Assembly: GCA_934163035.1 (NCBI GenBank)
Contig: CAKPJX010000003.1
Coordinates: 3,992 to 67,991, forward strand
Source: an uncultured Bacilli bacterium
Lineage (GTDB): Bacteria; Bacillota_I; Bacilli_A; RF39; UBA660
Direction of reading: 5' to 3'
DNA: 64,000 nt
Shown here: one piece after another, positions 11,598-22,773 of the stretch
Position numbering within the stretch: the first letter of the stretch is position 1
How the letters are laid out: every line of letters starts with the position of its first letter
The notes under the pieces: generated by a model
Told to the model about the DNA's origin: nothing
Seen by the model: the letters and a program-made list of their open reading frames with translations, nothing else
Databases searched by the model: none
Program-made: the position numbers and the translations under genes

Positions 11598-12179
11598 CTA
11601 AGAAAATAGCTTTTCATCTTTAATTTTATTTTTGATTCTATAAATTCTTCCATCTATTGTACTAATTGGAATATCAAGCAAAGTGCTTATTTCTTTATAG
11701 GAAAAACCATTATACCTAAGTTCAAAGATACTACTATAATTAATATCAAATAAACACTTTATATGTACAAATTGTTGATATGCAAGCTTTGAAAAAATTA
11801 TCTGTTCTGGGTTAGCAAAATCTGGGGCGTTTTCATACAATGTCTCATCAAATAAACTATTATCTAAAATATAATTCTTTTTACTATTCATATTTCGACA
11901 ATACGTTATCAAATGTCTATTTATACATAAACTGGCATAAGAATAAAACAAAATACCACTATTTTCATCATAATTACAAATAGCTTGATTTAAAGCAATA
12001 TACCCTTCCTGAACTAAATCATCAAACTCCACTCCATGCCTTTTAGCAAATTCAGAATACTTAGATGCTATTTTACCAATTAGTGGTCTATATTTTTTAA
12101 ATAATAAATCCTTTGCACCATCTTCATTCTCCCTAACCATATACATAACTTCATAATCATTAACTTGTTTATAATCCAT
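11598..12179 (-). CDS. sigH: RNA polymerase sigma factor, SigH-like (sigma-70 family)
   Basis: ORF track. DLVQEGYIALNQAICNYDEN...SYASLCINRHLITYCR parallels B. subtilis SigH region 2. A C-terminal HTH is present (YKEISTLLDIPISTIDGRIYRIKNKI). Conserved rlmB-sigH-secE synteny. Confidence 0.8.
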   Translation of the reverse strand: MDYKQVNDYEVMYMVRENEDGAKDLLFKKYRPLIGKIASKYSEFAKRHGVEFDDLVQEGYIALNQAICNYDENSGILFYSYASLCINRHLITYCRNMNSKKNYILDNSLFDETLYENAPDFANPEQIIFSKLAYQQFVHIKCLFDINYSSIFELRYNGFSYKEISTLLDIPISTIDGRIYRIKNKIKDEKLFS

Positions 12180-12186
12180 AAATCCT

Positions 12187-12885
12187 CTACTTTCTATTAC
12201 GGATCATTTCATAAATCATAATTCCTGAAGCAACAGAAGCATTTAAGCTATTAGTTTTTCCATACATTGGAATTTTAGCAATATAGTCACATGCTTTAGT
12301 AACAATTTGAGACATTCCTTTTCCTTCGTTGCCGATTACTAAAGCTTTCTTTCCACTATAATCAATATCACGATAATCCAAATTACTATCCAATGCTGTA
12401 CCAACAATCCAAAAACCATTATCTTTAAGTCTCTCAATTGCATTAACCAAATTGGCAACTAAAACAATGTTCATATCATCTAAAGTACCAGCACTAGTTT
12501 TCATAACCGTTGAATTAACTTGAACTTGCCTATCCTTAGGAATAATAATAGCATCAACACCAGCAGCTTCACAGGTACGAATGATGGCTCCAAAATTATG
12601 TGGATCCTCCAAATGATCCAAAATAACTACAAATGAAGTATTATCATTCAAAATTTCTTCAATTGATTTATACTTATAATCCGGAATAGATAGTAGTATA
12701 CCTTGATGAACTCCTTTTGCCAAATTATCAATTTCTCTTTTTTGCTTATATTCAACTTTAATATTTTTACTTTCTATAAGTGAAATAATATTTTTATCAT
12801 CAAAACCCTCCTGTAAAATTATTTTTGATACTTTTTCATTTTTATTAAGCAATTCCCTCGCAACATTTCTTCCATAAACTAACAT
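12187..12885 (-). CDS. rlmB: 23S rRNA (guanosine-2'-O)-methyltransferase RlmB (TrmH/SpoU family, YacO-like)
   Basis: ORF track. SpoU motifs LDHLEDPHNFGAIIRT, LVIGNEGKGMS and SLNASVASGIMIYE. Synteny with mrnC and cysS. Confidence 0.85.
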   Translation of the reverse strand: MLVYGRNVARELLNKNEKVSKIILQEGFDDKNIISLIESKNIKVEYKQKREIDNLAKGVHQGILLSIPDYKYKSIEEILNDNTSFVVILDHLEDPHNFGAIIRTCEAAGVDAIIIPKDRQVQVNSTVMKTSAGTLDDMNIVLVANLVNAIERLKDNGFWIVGTALDSNLDYRDIDYSGKKALVIGNEGKGMSQIVTKACDYIAKIPMYGKTNSLNASVASGIMIYEMIRNRK

Positions 12886-13262
12886 ACATCTTCACCTAAA
12901 ATAAATTTCATTATTTCATTTATTCTTTCCTTTTTATTTTCAAAATCCAAATAACCTATAATAGCCTCTAAACCAGTTGCAAATTTATAAGTAATGATAT
13001 CACAACTCTTAGGATGTGATGTACTTCTATAATTTCTTGCTCGCTTAAAGACATCTATTTCATCATTATTCAAAAAATTAGCATCTAACATTTTAGTCAC
13101 AAACTTTGCTTGATTTGGAGCACTAACAAAAGAAACAGCCTTCTTTTGTAAATCATTAACATTAGCAATACCAGACTTTATCAAAAATCTTCTAACATAA
13201 TTTTCATATATTGTATCACCTAAGTATGCAAGTACTAATACATTAATTTCCTTTGTATTCAT
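12879..13262 (-). CDS. mrnC: Mini-ribonuclease 3
   Basis: ORF track. LAYLGDTIYENYVR RNase III-like signature, ~127 aa, cysS-mrnC-rlmB synteny. Confidence 0.8.
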   Translation of the reverse strand: MNTKEINVLVLAYLGDTIYENYVRRFLIKSGIANVNDLQKKAVSFVSAPNQAKFVTKMLDANFLNNDEIDVFKRARNYRSTSHPKSCDIITYKFATGLEAIIGYLDFENKKERINEIMKFILGEDVC

Positions 13263-13328
13263 AATAAAACACCATTAAACTCTTACTAACAAGTATAAAA
13301 CTGCACAAAAGAATATGCAGTCTTAATA

Positions 13329-14720
13329 TTAGATAACTTCGTAAGTTGTCCCTTCCCTAGTATCAATTAAACGAATTCCAATAGCTAAAAGCTCATCTCT
13401 TATCCTATCTGCTTCAGCAAAATCCTTCCTCTTTTTAGCATCACTTCGTAAAGTAATCTTTTCCTTTATCATTTCTTCATCAATACTAACACTACTATCA
13501 GTATCTTTTAATAAATCAAGTGACAATACTTCATCAAACTTAGCAATTAATTTTCTTTTAGTTCCATCAGTCAAATCAGAATCTTTAACAACATCATATA
13601 ATAACGTAATCATATTAGATGTATTTAAATCATCTTCAATAAATTCCTTAAATTTATTTATATAGCAATCATACTTATCTTGTTGAAGATCTCCATCGCC
13701 CAATTTCAAAATACGATTTTTAAGCTTTAAATATGCCTTTTCTGCTCCATCTAAAATATCAAATGAAAATGTTAATTGATTATGATAATATGAATTTAAA
13801 CATAAATAACGGTAACTTAAAGGATTATATCCCTTCTCTTCTAATAAAGAAACGGTCAAAAATTCTCCTTTAGATTTACTCATTTTACCAGACTTATCAT
13901 TTAAAAATCCCATATGTACCCAGTAATTACACCACTTATGTCCTAAATAACATTCACTTTGAGCAATTTCATTAGTATGATGTGGGAAAATAGCATCCTC
14001 TGCACCACAATGTATATCAAGTCTTTCTCCTAAATATTTTATTGAAATACCTGAACATTCAATATGCCAGCCAGGATATCCTCTACCCCAAGGAGAATCC
14101 CATTGTAGTTCTTGATTTTCAAACTTAGAATTTGTAAACCATAAACCAAAATCAAATGGATTCTTTTTAGCAGTATCCGCTGAAATATCATCTCTAGCCG
14201 CAACAATTAAATCATCACTATTACGTCCAGATAATTCATAGTAGTTAGAAAACTTAGAAGTATCAAAATATACATTTCCATCAGAAATATAAGCATAACC
14301 TGATTCTAATAATTTAGAAATCATCTTTATATACATATCGATATTGTCAGTAGCATTAGAAACTACATCAGGCTTTTTTATGTTCAATTTATCACAGTCA
14401 TCAAAAAAACATTTTGTATAGTATTTTGCAATCTCTAAAGAAGATTTGTGTTCCCTTTTAGCCGCAACAGCCATCTTATCTTCACCTGTATCACCATCAC
14501 CAACTAAATGACCAACATCAGTAATATTCATAACTCTAGAAACATCATATCCAATAAATCTTAATCCCTTCTCCAAAACATCTTCAGATATATAGGTACG
14601 TAAATTTCCAATATGAGCATAACTGTAAACCGTTGGACCACAAGTATACATATTTACTTTTCCATCTTCATTTGGAATAAACTCTTGTACTTTTTTTGAC
14701 AACGTATTATATAATTTCAT
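13329..14720 (-). CDS. cysS: Cysteine--tRNA ligase
   Basis: ORF track 13329..14729. Class I HIGN and KMSKS motifs. ATG at 14720 follows GAGGTGA by 5 nt; the track start lies inside the SD. Confidence 0.95.
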   Translation of the reverse strand: MKLYNTLSKKVQEFIPNEDGKVNMYTCGPTVYSYAHIGNLRTYISEDVLEKGLRFIGYDVSRVMNITDVGHLVGDGDTGEDKMAVAAKREHKSSLEIAKYYTKCFFDDCDKLNIKKPDVVSNATDNIDMYIKMISKLLESGYAYISDGNVYFDTSKFSNYYELSGRNSDDLIVAARDDISADTAKKNPFDFGLWFTNSKFENQELQWDSPWGRGYPGWHIECSGISIKYLGERLDIHCGAEDAIFPHHTNEIAQSECYLGHKWCNYWVHMGFLNDKSGKMSKSKGEFLTVSLLEEKGYNPLSYRYLCLNSYYHNQLTFSFDILDGAEKAYLKLKNRILKLGDGDLQQDKYDCYINKFKEFIEDDLNTSNMITLLYDVVKDSDLTDGTKRKLIAKFDEVLSLDLLKDTDSSVSIDEEMIKEKITLRSDAKKRKDFAEADRIRDELLAIGIRLIDTREGTTYEVI

Positions 14721-14770
14721 AATTATCACCTCGATGACGATAGTATACCATAATGAATATAAAAAATAAA

Positions 14771-16999
14771 CTAACGATTAATATTTACCTCATCATTTAA
14801 ATAATTACGTAAAATTTTATCCACATGCCGAGCGCCAAATTCATTATAATTACACTCATTTTTTATTTTATCCACAAATTCTGTGGAAATAGTCTTTTTA
14901 TCAAAGCCAAATTTCAAAGCTCTATCTCGTATAATATTACCAATTGTCTTGGAATCAATTGAATTAAAATATATTATTTTATCAATTCTATTAACAAATT
15001 CCACTCCTAAAAATGATTTAAACTTATTGGAAATAATATCATTCTTACTTAAAAAGCCAACTGATTTAGAATTAGTCCCAAGATTAGAGGTCATAAATAT
15101 AGTAGTATTTGCAAAATTTATAACCTCACCAGACGAATCTGTCATATGACCATCATCAAAAACTTGTAGAAAAAGTTTTAAAACATCAGGATGAGCTTTT
15201 TCAATTTCATCAAGTAAAATAACAGAATAAGAATTATTTTTTATTCTATCCAATACATAATTATTCTCACTAAATCCTACATATCCTGGAGGAGATCCAA
15301 TTATTTTACTTATTGTATGCCTTTCTCTAAACTCACTCATATCAATTCTAATGAAAGCATCCTTAGGATATAGTAATCTAGCATACTCTTTTGCCAAAAA
15401 TGTCTTTCCAACTCCACTTTTACCAACCAATAATAATGAATTTGGTACCGTTTTATTAACTTTACGGCTTAAAGTTACATCCAGTAAATTGTTAATAGCC
15501 GCATCTTGCCCCTTAACAACATCACATAAACTCTTATAAATACTATTTCTATCAAATTTAACTAACTCTTTAACCGGAATTTTTGTCTTAGCATAAACAA
15601 CATCATAGACAATATCACTAGTGATAGATTTAACTACATTATTACCCATATTTTTAATAAAGTTCTTATTAAGCTTGCTTTCTAATTCCATTTGTTTATC
15701 TTTCAATGTACTAGCAAGTTTATAATTATGATTCATAATTGCAGTATTCTTCTCACTTTTAATATCATTTATCTTAGCCAATAATTCCTTTTGCTTTGCT
15801 TCATAAGAATTATCTACAATTGCTGCCTTACAACAAGCTTCATCTAGAATATCGATAGCCTTATCAGGAAATTTTCCCATATTAACATATCTTTCGGCTA
15901 GATCAACTATTAATTTAATAATTTCATCATCTATTTTAACTCCATGATAATTTTCATATATTTCTCTAAGTTTTAAAAGTATTTTTTCAGTATCATAAGC
16001 AGTTGGCTCCTCTATATAAATCTTTTGAAATCTCCTATCTAAGGCCTTATCCTTTTCCATATATTTTTTATATTCACCAGTAGTAGTAGCTCCTATAATT
16101 CTAATCTTTCCTCTAGCTAAATATGGTTTTAAAATATTTGAAGCATCAATTGCCCCTTCGGCACCACCAGCACCTACTAAAGTATGTATCTCATCTATAA
16201 ATAAAATTATATCTTTTTCCCTTTCCAATTCATTAATAATCTTATTTATACGTTCCTCAAATTCGCCACGATACTTAGTACCAGAAATTAATCCAGCCAT
16301 AGATATACTTAGAACCCTATTATTTTCAAGTTTTCTAGGAACTCTACCATTTACTATTCGCCTAACAAGTTCTTCAACAATAGCCGTTTTACCAACTCCT
16401 GCATCACCTATTAACAAAGGATTGTTCTTAGTTCTTCTTAATAAGATTTCAATCAGTCTCGTAACTTTGTCATCCCTACCAATAACAGGATCAAAACCAT
16501 CATCAAGATATTTCTTATTCAAATCAGTAGCATATTCCTCTAATAATAGACTACTCTTTCTTTTACCATTATGATAAGACATTCTATTAGAAAACTTTTC
16601 ATATAACAAATCGGTGTCAACATTCATACCAAGTAAAATCCTATTCGCAACACCATCGCCTTCTTCTAATAAAGAAATAAATAGTTTTTCCACAGTCACG
16701 ATACTATTATCCTCTTTACTATCTAAAACAGCATTCTCTATAATCCTCTTTAATAATGGAGTATACAAATACCAACTATTGCTAACCTTTCCCTCTCCAA
16801 TAACCTTAATAATTTCATCTCTATATTTTTCATAAGTTATCTGATATTCATTTAATAATTGCGTAACCTCTAGATCTATATTATGCAAAATTGATAATAA
16901 AAGATGCTCACTACCAACATATGGATGTTTAAGTAAACTCATTTCTTTTTTTGCCATAACTAAAACTTTTTGAGCATCCTCATCAAATTTTGAAAACAT
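14771..16999 (-). CDS. clpC: ATP-dependent Clp protease ATP-binding subunit ClpC-like (two AAA+ modules)
   Basis: ORF track 14771..17008. Clp_N repeats, two Walker A motifs (GDAGVGKT, GKSGVGKT) and a VGF ClpP-docking loop. ATG at 16999 is 9 nt after AAGGAG. Confidence 0.9.
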   Translation of the reverse strand: MFSKFDEDAQKVLVMAKKEMSLLKHPYVGSEHLLLSILHNIDLEVTQLLNEYQITYEKYRDEIIKVIGEGKVSNSWYLYTPLLKRIIENAVLDSKEDNSIVTVEKLFISLLEEGDGVANRILLGMNVDTDLLYEKFSNRMSYHNGKRKSSLLLEEYATDLNKKYLDDGFDPVIGRDDKVTRLIEILLRRTKNNPLLIGDAGVGKTAIVEELVRRIVNGRVPRKLENNRVLSISMAGLISGTKYRGEFEERINKIINELEREKDIILFIDEIHTLVGAGGAEGAIDASNILKPYLARGKIRIIGATTTGEYKKYMEKDKALDRRFQKIYIEEPTAYDTEKILLKLREIYENYHGVKIDDEIIKLIVDLAERYVNMGKFPDKAIDILDEACCKAAIVDNSYEAKQKELLAKINDIKSEKNTAIMNHNYKLASTLKDKQMELESKLNKNFIKNMGNNVVKSITSDIVYDVVYAKTKIPVKELVKFDRNSIYKSLCDVVKGQDAAINNLLDVTLSRKVNKTVPNSLLLVGKSGVGKTFLAKEYARLLYPKDAFIRIDMSEFRERHTISKIIGSPPGYVGFSENNYVLDRIKNNSYSVILLDEIEKAHPDVLKLFLQVFDDGHMTDSSGEVINFANTTIFMTSNLGTNSKSVGFLSKNDIISNKFKSFLGVEFVNRIDKIIYFNSIDSKTIGNIIRDRALKFGFDKKTISTEFVDKIKNECNYNEFGARHVDKILRNYLNDEVNINR

Positions 17000-17084
17000 T
17001 AACATCATCTCCTTAATATAATTTTAGAGCCATAACATAACCAAAATCAATAAAAGCCATACCCAAAAAAAAGACAAAATACTA

Positions 17085-17108
17085 TAAAAAAAAGAGGCTT
17101 TAGCCTCT
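17085..17108 (-). terminator. Rho-independent terminator after the 648-aa membrane protein gene
   Basis: The minus strand reads AGAGGC-taaa-GCCTCT followed by a T8 run. Confidence 0.7.
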
Positions 17109-17112
17109 AATA

Positions 17113-19059
17113 TTATTTATTGCTATATTTAGATTTATCTAGTGCTAATATCATATAGAATACGAATGGTAATAAAATAAGACCAACTGCAAAGCCATTA
17201 CTTTTACCAAATTTGTGAGCCAATTTAATATCAACTAATATCATAAATACTATATTAACAACTGGTATAAGCATAAGTAATGATAACCAACCATTATAAC
17301 CAGCAAGTTCAAATAAAACATATTCATTATAGAAAGGAACTAAAGCAGCCCAACCTTTTTGACCAGCCTTCTCAAAAACCTTCCAACAAGCAACATACAT
17401 CATAATAACTACTATTATAGCAGCTACAATACCTAAACCTGCTAAGAATGATAGACCAGATACTATGAATAATACAGTAAATATAACAAATAACTCTAAT
17501 AATAATTTCCAAATAGTTTTAATCCATTTACTATATGGAACATCTAAATAATATAGTACACACATTAGTACAACACTAGTAGGTGCTATTAACATAGAAA
17601 GTCCATAAGCAGTTTGGAATAAAGCTCCAATAACAGGATATAATTTAGTGTTATCAGTAATACTAGCTAAATAAGGTAATACACTTTGATATGCATATAA
17701 TGGTTCAACATTAAGTATACCAGTAAGCATACCAACTATCATACAAACAAAAGCATCAAGTCGTTTAGTTAGAGTAAGTAAAGCCTTATAGATAACCAAT
17801 TGGAATGGATGATAAGTTGTAATTACTAAACAAGTATAGATTAGTATAACAATAACTCCTAAAGGAAGAGCCTTTTTTAAACCATCCATAAATCCTTCAC
17901 AAATATCACGACATTTTGTCTTATATACTATTGTTAAGAATAATAATACAAAGAACATTACAACAGTAAGATCAACAATTGTCCAAGAACCAAATTCTTT
18001 AACTGTTCCTAGTAGCTTTCCAAAAAGTGGGAAACCAAACAATTCAAAATCTAAAACTGAAGATGTTGCACTTGTAAATGCAGTATTATTAAATCCAGTT
18101 GACCAGGAAATGAAAGCCAAAACCATTATAACAAATAAAATACTAAATGAAACAACAAATGGCCATATACTGTGGTTAACTTTATCATCATTTTGTGGAA
18201 CTAAATAACTATCATCAGATTGTTCCTTAACTACTATTACATCATCTTCTTTAACAGCTGCTTTTATGTCCTTACGACTAGATTTAGAAGACTTCTTAGT
18301 AGTAGTCTTTGATGAAGTAACTTTCTTCGTACTTGAAGCTTTCGAATTAGAAGTTTTAACACTAGATTTCTTAGTAGTTTTAACCTCTTTAACTGTCTCT
18401 GTTTTACTAGCGGCTTTTTTAGTCTCTTTAGTACTAGAAATTAATACTGATTCATGCCTTCTAATATATATAACTATATTAAATATTAAAAGAACCAAAC
18501 CAATTAATAGAATTACTATTCTAGTAAGCATTTCATAAGTGAAGTCAACACCAAGAACTGATAAAATAACGCTTTCATTAGAATATGCTAATGTTGTTCC
18601 AGCTAAACCAATAACTGTAGAACCAACCAAAGTTAAAGCTGCTGTCATCTTATCATATCCCATTAAAATAATAATTGAAACTAACATTGGGAAAAAGACA
18701 AGAGCTCCTATTTGTAAACCACATATTGAAACTAAAATAGCATTTATTATAGCAATAAGTGAAATTACAAATTTTCCATTTTTCTTTAATTTATCAGAAA
18801 CTTTATTTAAAAAACTATTATAAGCAGGAATCTTATATAAAACTCCATAAAAGCCTCCAATAATTAAAAGAAATAATGCAATGTGTCCAAAGTAAGACAA
18901 TGCTGTAACTGGATAATTGAATAAATCAAAAATACCCATTTGAACGCGGCCTTGTTCAGCATATCCACTTGAAAAATAAGCAGCTGGAAATATCCAAGTA
19001 AGTAGCATAATAACTAATACTGTAACAAGAACGACTTTAATTATTCTATTCTTTTTCAT
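17113..19059 (-). CDS. Polytopic membrane protein: YfcC/DcuC-like transporter body, S/T/K-rich loop and a C-terminal DUF5684-like two-TM module
   Basis: ORF track. The N-terminus (LLTWIFPAAYF...) resembles YfcC-family proteins. A ~70-aa S/T/K low-complexity insert is present. The C-terminal WKVFEKAGQKGWAALVPFYNEYVLFELAG...KFGKSNGFAVGLILLPFVFYMILAL matches a widespread small membrane protein family. RBS is GGGAGG. Confidence 0.65.
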   Translation of the reverse strand: MKKNRIIKVVLVTVLVIMLLTWIFPAAYFSSGYAEQGRVQMGIFDLFNYPVTALSYFGHIALFLLIIGGFYGVLYKIPAYNSFLNKVSDKLKKNGKFVISLIAIINAILVSICGLQIGALVFFPMLVSIIILMGYDKMTAALTLVGSTVIGLAGTTLAYSNESVILSVLGVDFTYEMLTRIVILLIGLVLLIFNIVIYIRRHESVLISSTKETKKAASKTETVKEVKTTKKSSVKTSNSKASSTKKVTSSKTTTKKSSKSSRKDIKAAVKEDDVIVVKEQSDDSYLVPQNDDKVNHSIWPFVVSFSILFVIMVLAFISWSTGFNNTAFTSATSSVLDFELFGFPLFGKLLGTVKEFGSWTIVDLTVVMFFVLLFLTIVYKTKCRDICEGFMDGLKKALPLGVIVILIYTCLVITTYHPFQLVIYKALLTLTKRLDAFVCMIVGMLTGILNVEPLYAYQSVLPYLASITDNTKLYPVIGALFQTAYGLSMLIAPTSVVLMCVLYYLDVPYSKWIKTIWKLLLELFVIFTVLFIVSGLSFLAGLGIVAAIIVVIMMYVACWKVFEKAGQKGWAALVPFYNEYVLFELAGYNGWLSLLMLIPVVNIVFMILVDIKLAHKFGKSNGFAVGLILLPFVFYMILALDKSKYSNK

Positions 19060-19138
19060 TTTTTAACCTCCCACTATAATTATACTACAAGTGCCTTATT
19101 TTACAAGGAATTTAAACGTTTTTTAGCAATTTTTTATC

Positions 19139-19168
19139 AAAAAAAGAAAACTGACCACCTCAGGTCAG
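19139..19168 (-). terminator. Rho-independent terminator after lysS
   Basis: The minus strand reads CTGACC-tgaggt-GGTCAG followed by TTTTCTTTTTTTG. Confidence 0.7.
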
Positions 19169-19178
19169 CTAATTTTAA

Positions 19179-20660
19179 CTATTTTTGTTTCATTGTAGGG
19201 AATAATAAGACATCTCTAATAGACTCTTGCTCTAAGAATAACATACACAATCTATCAATTCCATATCCAATTCCACCAGCTGGTGGCATACCATATTCAA
19301 GTGCCTCAATAAAATCCATATCAATATCATTTGCCTCTTCATTACCCTTATCTTTTTCTTCAATTTGCTTTTCAAATCTTTCAAGCTGATCAATAGGATC
19401 ATTTAATTCAGTATATGCATTAGCAAATTCTTTTCCTGCTATAAATAATTCAAATCTATCAACAAATCTTCCATCTTCAGGATTCTTTTTAGTAAGTGGA
19501 GAAACCTCAATTGGATGTCCATATAAGAATGTTGGTTGGATTAAAGTTTCCTCAACATACTTTTCAAAGAATAAATTAGTTATATGTCCAACAGTTTTCT
19601 CATGTTCTTGAACTTCAATATGATGTTCTTCAGCAAGCTTCAATGCTTCATCAACAGTCATTTCACTTCTAAAGTCAATACCAGTCTTCTCCTTAATAGC
19701 ATCAGTCATACATACTCTCTTCCAGGGTCCTTCAAGATTTATTTCATAACCACTGAAATTATATGTCATCTTACCAAAAACTTCTTTTGCTATTGTCTGA
19801 TACATCTTTTCAGTTAAATCCATCATTCCTTCTAGATCACTGTAAGCAAGATAAGCCTCCATTAAAGTAAATTCTGGATTATGTTTTGGATCCATACCTT
19901 CATTTCTAAATACGCGTCCAATTTCATAAACAGCTTCCATTCCACCAACTAATAACCTCTTTAATGGTAACTCTAGTGCTATTCTTAAATACATATCTAA
20001 ATCTTGTGCATTATGATGAGTAATAAAAGGTCTAGCAGAAGCACCAGTTAAAAGTGTAGATAAAATTGGTGTTTCAACTTCAATAAAGCCTCTATTATCC
20101 ATAAAATTTTGAATACATCTAATAATTTTAGGTCTCATAAAAGCAACACGTCTTGATTCCTCATTCATTATTAAATCAACATATCTACGTCTATATCTTT
20201 CTTCTATATCAGTTAATCCATGGAACTTTTCAGGAAGTGGTCTTAGTGCCTTAACTAGATGAGTATACTTAGTAGATCTAACACTCAATTCACCTGTATC
20301 TGTTCTAAAAATAATGCCATGTATACCTACAATATCACCAATATCAGACTTTTTAAACAATTCATAAACATCTTCACCAACTGCATCTTGTCTAATATAA
20401 ATTTGTAATTGTCCATATCTATCCTGAATATGAAAGAATCCAGCCTTTCCTTTACGTCGCTTAGTCATTATTCTTCCAGCAACAACTACAGATATTTCTT
20501 TTTCTGCTAAATCCTCCTTTGACATATCAGAATACTTTTCCTTTATCTCTAAGGAATTAGTAGTAACATCAAATCTACTACCAAATGGATCAATTCCTAA
20601 AGCCCTAATATCTAAAGCTTTTTGTCTACGAACTAATTCCTGTTCACTTAACTCTCGCAT
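19179..20660 (-). CDS. lysS: Lysine--tRNA ligase (class II)
   Basis: ORF track. Typical LysS sequence ([31 protein letters not shown]). Confidence 0.95.
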   Translation of the reverse strand: MRELSEQELVRRQKALDIRALGIDPFGSRFDVTTNSLEIKEKYSDMSKEDLAEKEISVVVAGRIMTKRRKGKAGFFHIQDRYGQLQIYIRQDAVGEDVYELFKKSDIGDIVGIHGIIFRTDTGELSVRSTKYTHLVKALRPLPEKFHGLTDIEERYRRRYVDLIMNEESRRVAFMRPKIIRCIQNFMDNRGFIEVETPILSTLLTGASARPFITHHNAQDLDMYLRIALELPLKRLLVGGMEAVYEIGRVFRNEGMDPKHNPEFTLMEAYLAYSDLEGMMDLTEKMYQTIAKEVFGKMTYNFSGYEINLEGPWKRVCMTDAIKEKTGIDFRSEMTVDEALKLAEEHHIEVQEHEKTVGHITNLFFEKYVEETLIQPTFLYGHPIEVSPLTKKNPEDGRFVDRFELFIAGKEFANAYTELNDPIDQLERFEKQIEEKDKGNEEANDIDMDFIEALEYGMPPAGGIGYGIDRLCMLFLEQESIRDVLLFPTMKQK

Positions 20661-21283
20661 AATTCTCTCTCCTTTACTCCATCAGCTCTAACAACAATTG
20701 TGCCAGCTACATAATCGTGAATTCCCCTTCCACTCTTACTAAACATTATCATAATTAAACTGATAAATGTTACAACATAATCAATACTTTTAAACAACAA
20801 TCCACCATAACGATATATATTAAAATTAGAAATAGCTACAAATGCAAATATAATCATATCAACAAAAATAGAATTGATGATTAAAGATCTAAATATCATG
20901 CTATTTATAGTTAATTCACTAGAATCATATTTAACTACTTTTATTTTAAATATCTTTTTACCAAGCGTTTGTCCCCTATTGTAAAATTGATAAACAATAA
21001 AATACATTATAGATAAAAATATTGAAATTAAAGTAGCAACACCCTGTTTCTGAGCAGCCTGAAATGAAAGTGATAAACTTTCAGTCATATATGTTTTGGT
21101 ATTAATATCTTTATTAATATATTTTTGTTGTATTTCTACCATATCATCTTGAATTTTACTAACAGATTTTTGATCTACAAAAAAGCTACCTATAAGAGAA
21201 ACAACTAAAGTAACTATCATAGTATCTAATATAAATGCACCCAATCTTTGTATAAAAAAGGGTTTTATAAAGCCATCATTCAT
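20648..21283 (-). CDS. RDD family membrane protein
   Basis: ORF track. N-terminal [12 protein letters not shown] and C-terminal [12 protein letters not shown] are RDD-domain signatures. Multiple TM segments. Confidence 0.75.
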   Translation of the reverse strand: MNDGFIKPFFIQRLGAFILDTMIVTLVVSLIGSFFVDQKSVSKIQDDMVEIQQKYINKDINTKTYMTESLSLSFQAAQKQGVATLISIFLSIMYFIVYQFYNRGQTLGKKIFKIKVVKYDSSELTINSMIFRSLIINSIFVDMIIFAFVAISNFNIYRYGGLLFKSIDYVVTFISLIMIMFSKSGRGIHDYVAGTIVVRADGVKERELCES

Positions 21284-22259
21284 CTAATATTTCCTCCTTA
21301 AATTCATTTAATATAGAAATTATATCACAAACTTGATGAGTTTTATACACTTTCTTTTTAACATCACTTGAACCATTAATACCTTTTAAATACCAAGCTA
21401 TATGATTTCTAATCTCAAGACAAGCCAAACGTTCATCCCTAAAAGAACACAAATAATTTAAATGTTTCAAACACATATCTATTTTTTGAACTGGTGTAGG
21501 AATAGTTAAACTATCTCCATTTAAATAACTAACAGTGTTTTTTATAATCCAAGGGTTACCCATCGTAGCCCTGCCAATCATTATAGCATCACACTTAGTC
21601 TCATCTAACATTCTTTTAGCATCTTCTACTGTTTTTATATCACCATTTCCAATAACAGGAATTAAAACATTATTTTTTACTTCACCAATAATACTCCAGT
21701 CAGCATTCCCAGAATATCCTTGGCTTCTAGTTCTAGGATGAACAAATATCGCCTTAGCCCCTGCTTTTTCTATAATTTTAGCAACTTCGACAGCATTAAT
21801 ATGTTCACTATCCCAACCACTTCTAATCTTTACAGTTACAGGAAGGGAAACAGCTTTAACAACAGAACTAACAATATTATATATTCGATCAGAAAATTTA
21901 AGTAATCCAGAACCTGCCGCTGCTCTAACGGCAACCTTAGGCACAGGACACCCCATATTAATATCTATTAACGAAATATTATAACGATCCGCAATAATTT
22001 TAGCAGCCCTTGCCATAACATCAGGATCAGACCCAAATATCTGAACCCCAACCGGCATATCAATTGTATCAATACCATTAAGCATTTCAAATGTCTTTTT
22101 ATTGCCTCTTACTATAGCTTCTGAACTAATAAGTTCAGTAATTGCTAATCCACACCTCATCTCAGATAATATCTTCATATAAGCAGGATTAGAAATTCCA
22201 GCCATTGGAGCCAAGACCACCTGATTTTTAATTTGTAAATCCCCAATTTTCCATTCCAT
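21276..22259 (-). CDS. dusB: tRNA-dihydrouridine synthase
   Basis: ORF track 21276..22265. VLAPMAGISN and INMGCP motifs. ATG at 22259 is 7 nt after AGGAA. Confidence 0.9.
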   Translation of the reverse strand: MEWKIGDLQIKNQVVLAPMAGISNPAYMKILSEMRCGLAITELISSEAIVRGNKKTFEMLNGIDTIDMPVGVQIFGSDPDVMARAAKIIADRYNISLIDINMGCPVPKVAVRAAAGSGLLKFSDRIYNIVSSVVKAVSLPVTVKIRSGWDSEHINAVEVAKIIEKAGAKAIFVHPRTRSQGYSGNADWSIIGEVKNNVLIPVIGNGDIKTVEDAKRMLDETKCDAIMIGRATMGNPWIIKNTVSYLNGDSLTIPTPVQKIDMCLKHLNYLCSFRDERLACLEIRNHIAWYLKGINGSSDVKKKVYKTHQVCDIISILNEFKEEILDE

Positions 22260-22276
22260 ATACAAATTCCTAACTA

Positions 22277-22687
22277 TTATTTTTTTAATAAATCTCTAAT
22301 TTCTTCCAGTAATAATACCTCGTCACTTTTAACTGCAGCAACTGTTTCTTCTTTCTTCTTAAAATTTTCAAATAATTTTATCACCATAAATATACAAAAA
22401 GATATAATTAGAAAGTCAACAATCGTTTGAATAAAACTACCGTACGCTACTTTAACTCCAAGTACTGTAAAAGTCAAGGAATTAAATTTAAGTCCACCTA
22501 ATATAATACCAATCAAAGGCATTAAAATATCATTTACTAAACTTGTAATAATTTTACTAAAGGCAGTACCAACAATAACACCAACAGCCATGTCAACAAC
22601 ATTTCCTCTAGAAATAAAACTTTTAAATTCTAAAATATAATTAGTTACCAATTCTTTATTCTTATTTTTTCTGTTTTTAGAACTCAT
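22277..22687 (-). CDS. mscL: Large-conductance mechanosensitive channel
   Basis: ORF track. FKSFISRGNVVDMAVGVIVGTAFSKIITSLVNDILMPLIG is the canonical MscL N-terminus. Confidence 0.9.
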   Translation of the reverse strand: MSSKNRKNKNKELVTNYILEFKSFISRGNVVDMAVGVIVGTAFSKIITSLVNDILMPLIGIILGGLKFNSLTFTVLGVKVAYGSFIQTIVDFLIISFCIFMVIKLFENFKKKEETVAAVKSDEVLLLEEIRDLLKK

Positions 22688-22747
22688 TTTTTCACCACCA
22701 AAATTTAAATCTCAATAAAGATTATAATATATTTAAATAAATTTGCA

Positions 22748-22773
22748 AAGAAAAAGAACTATCTAATTAGTTC
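22748..22773 (-). terminator. Candidate terminator overlapping the ftsH stop codon
   Basis: The minus strand reads GAACTA-attaga-TAGTTC followed by TTTTTCTTT. The 5' arm includes the last sense codon and the stop codon. Confidence 0.45.

Noticed and set aside
14721-14770. A T-box or other leader upstream of cysS, and a CtsR operator upstream of clpC (17000-17112).
   Set aside because: The cysS gap is about 50 nt, too short for a T-box. No GGTCAAA direct repeat is visible upstream of clpC.
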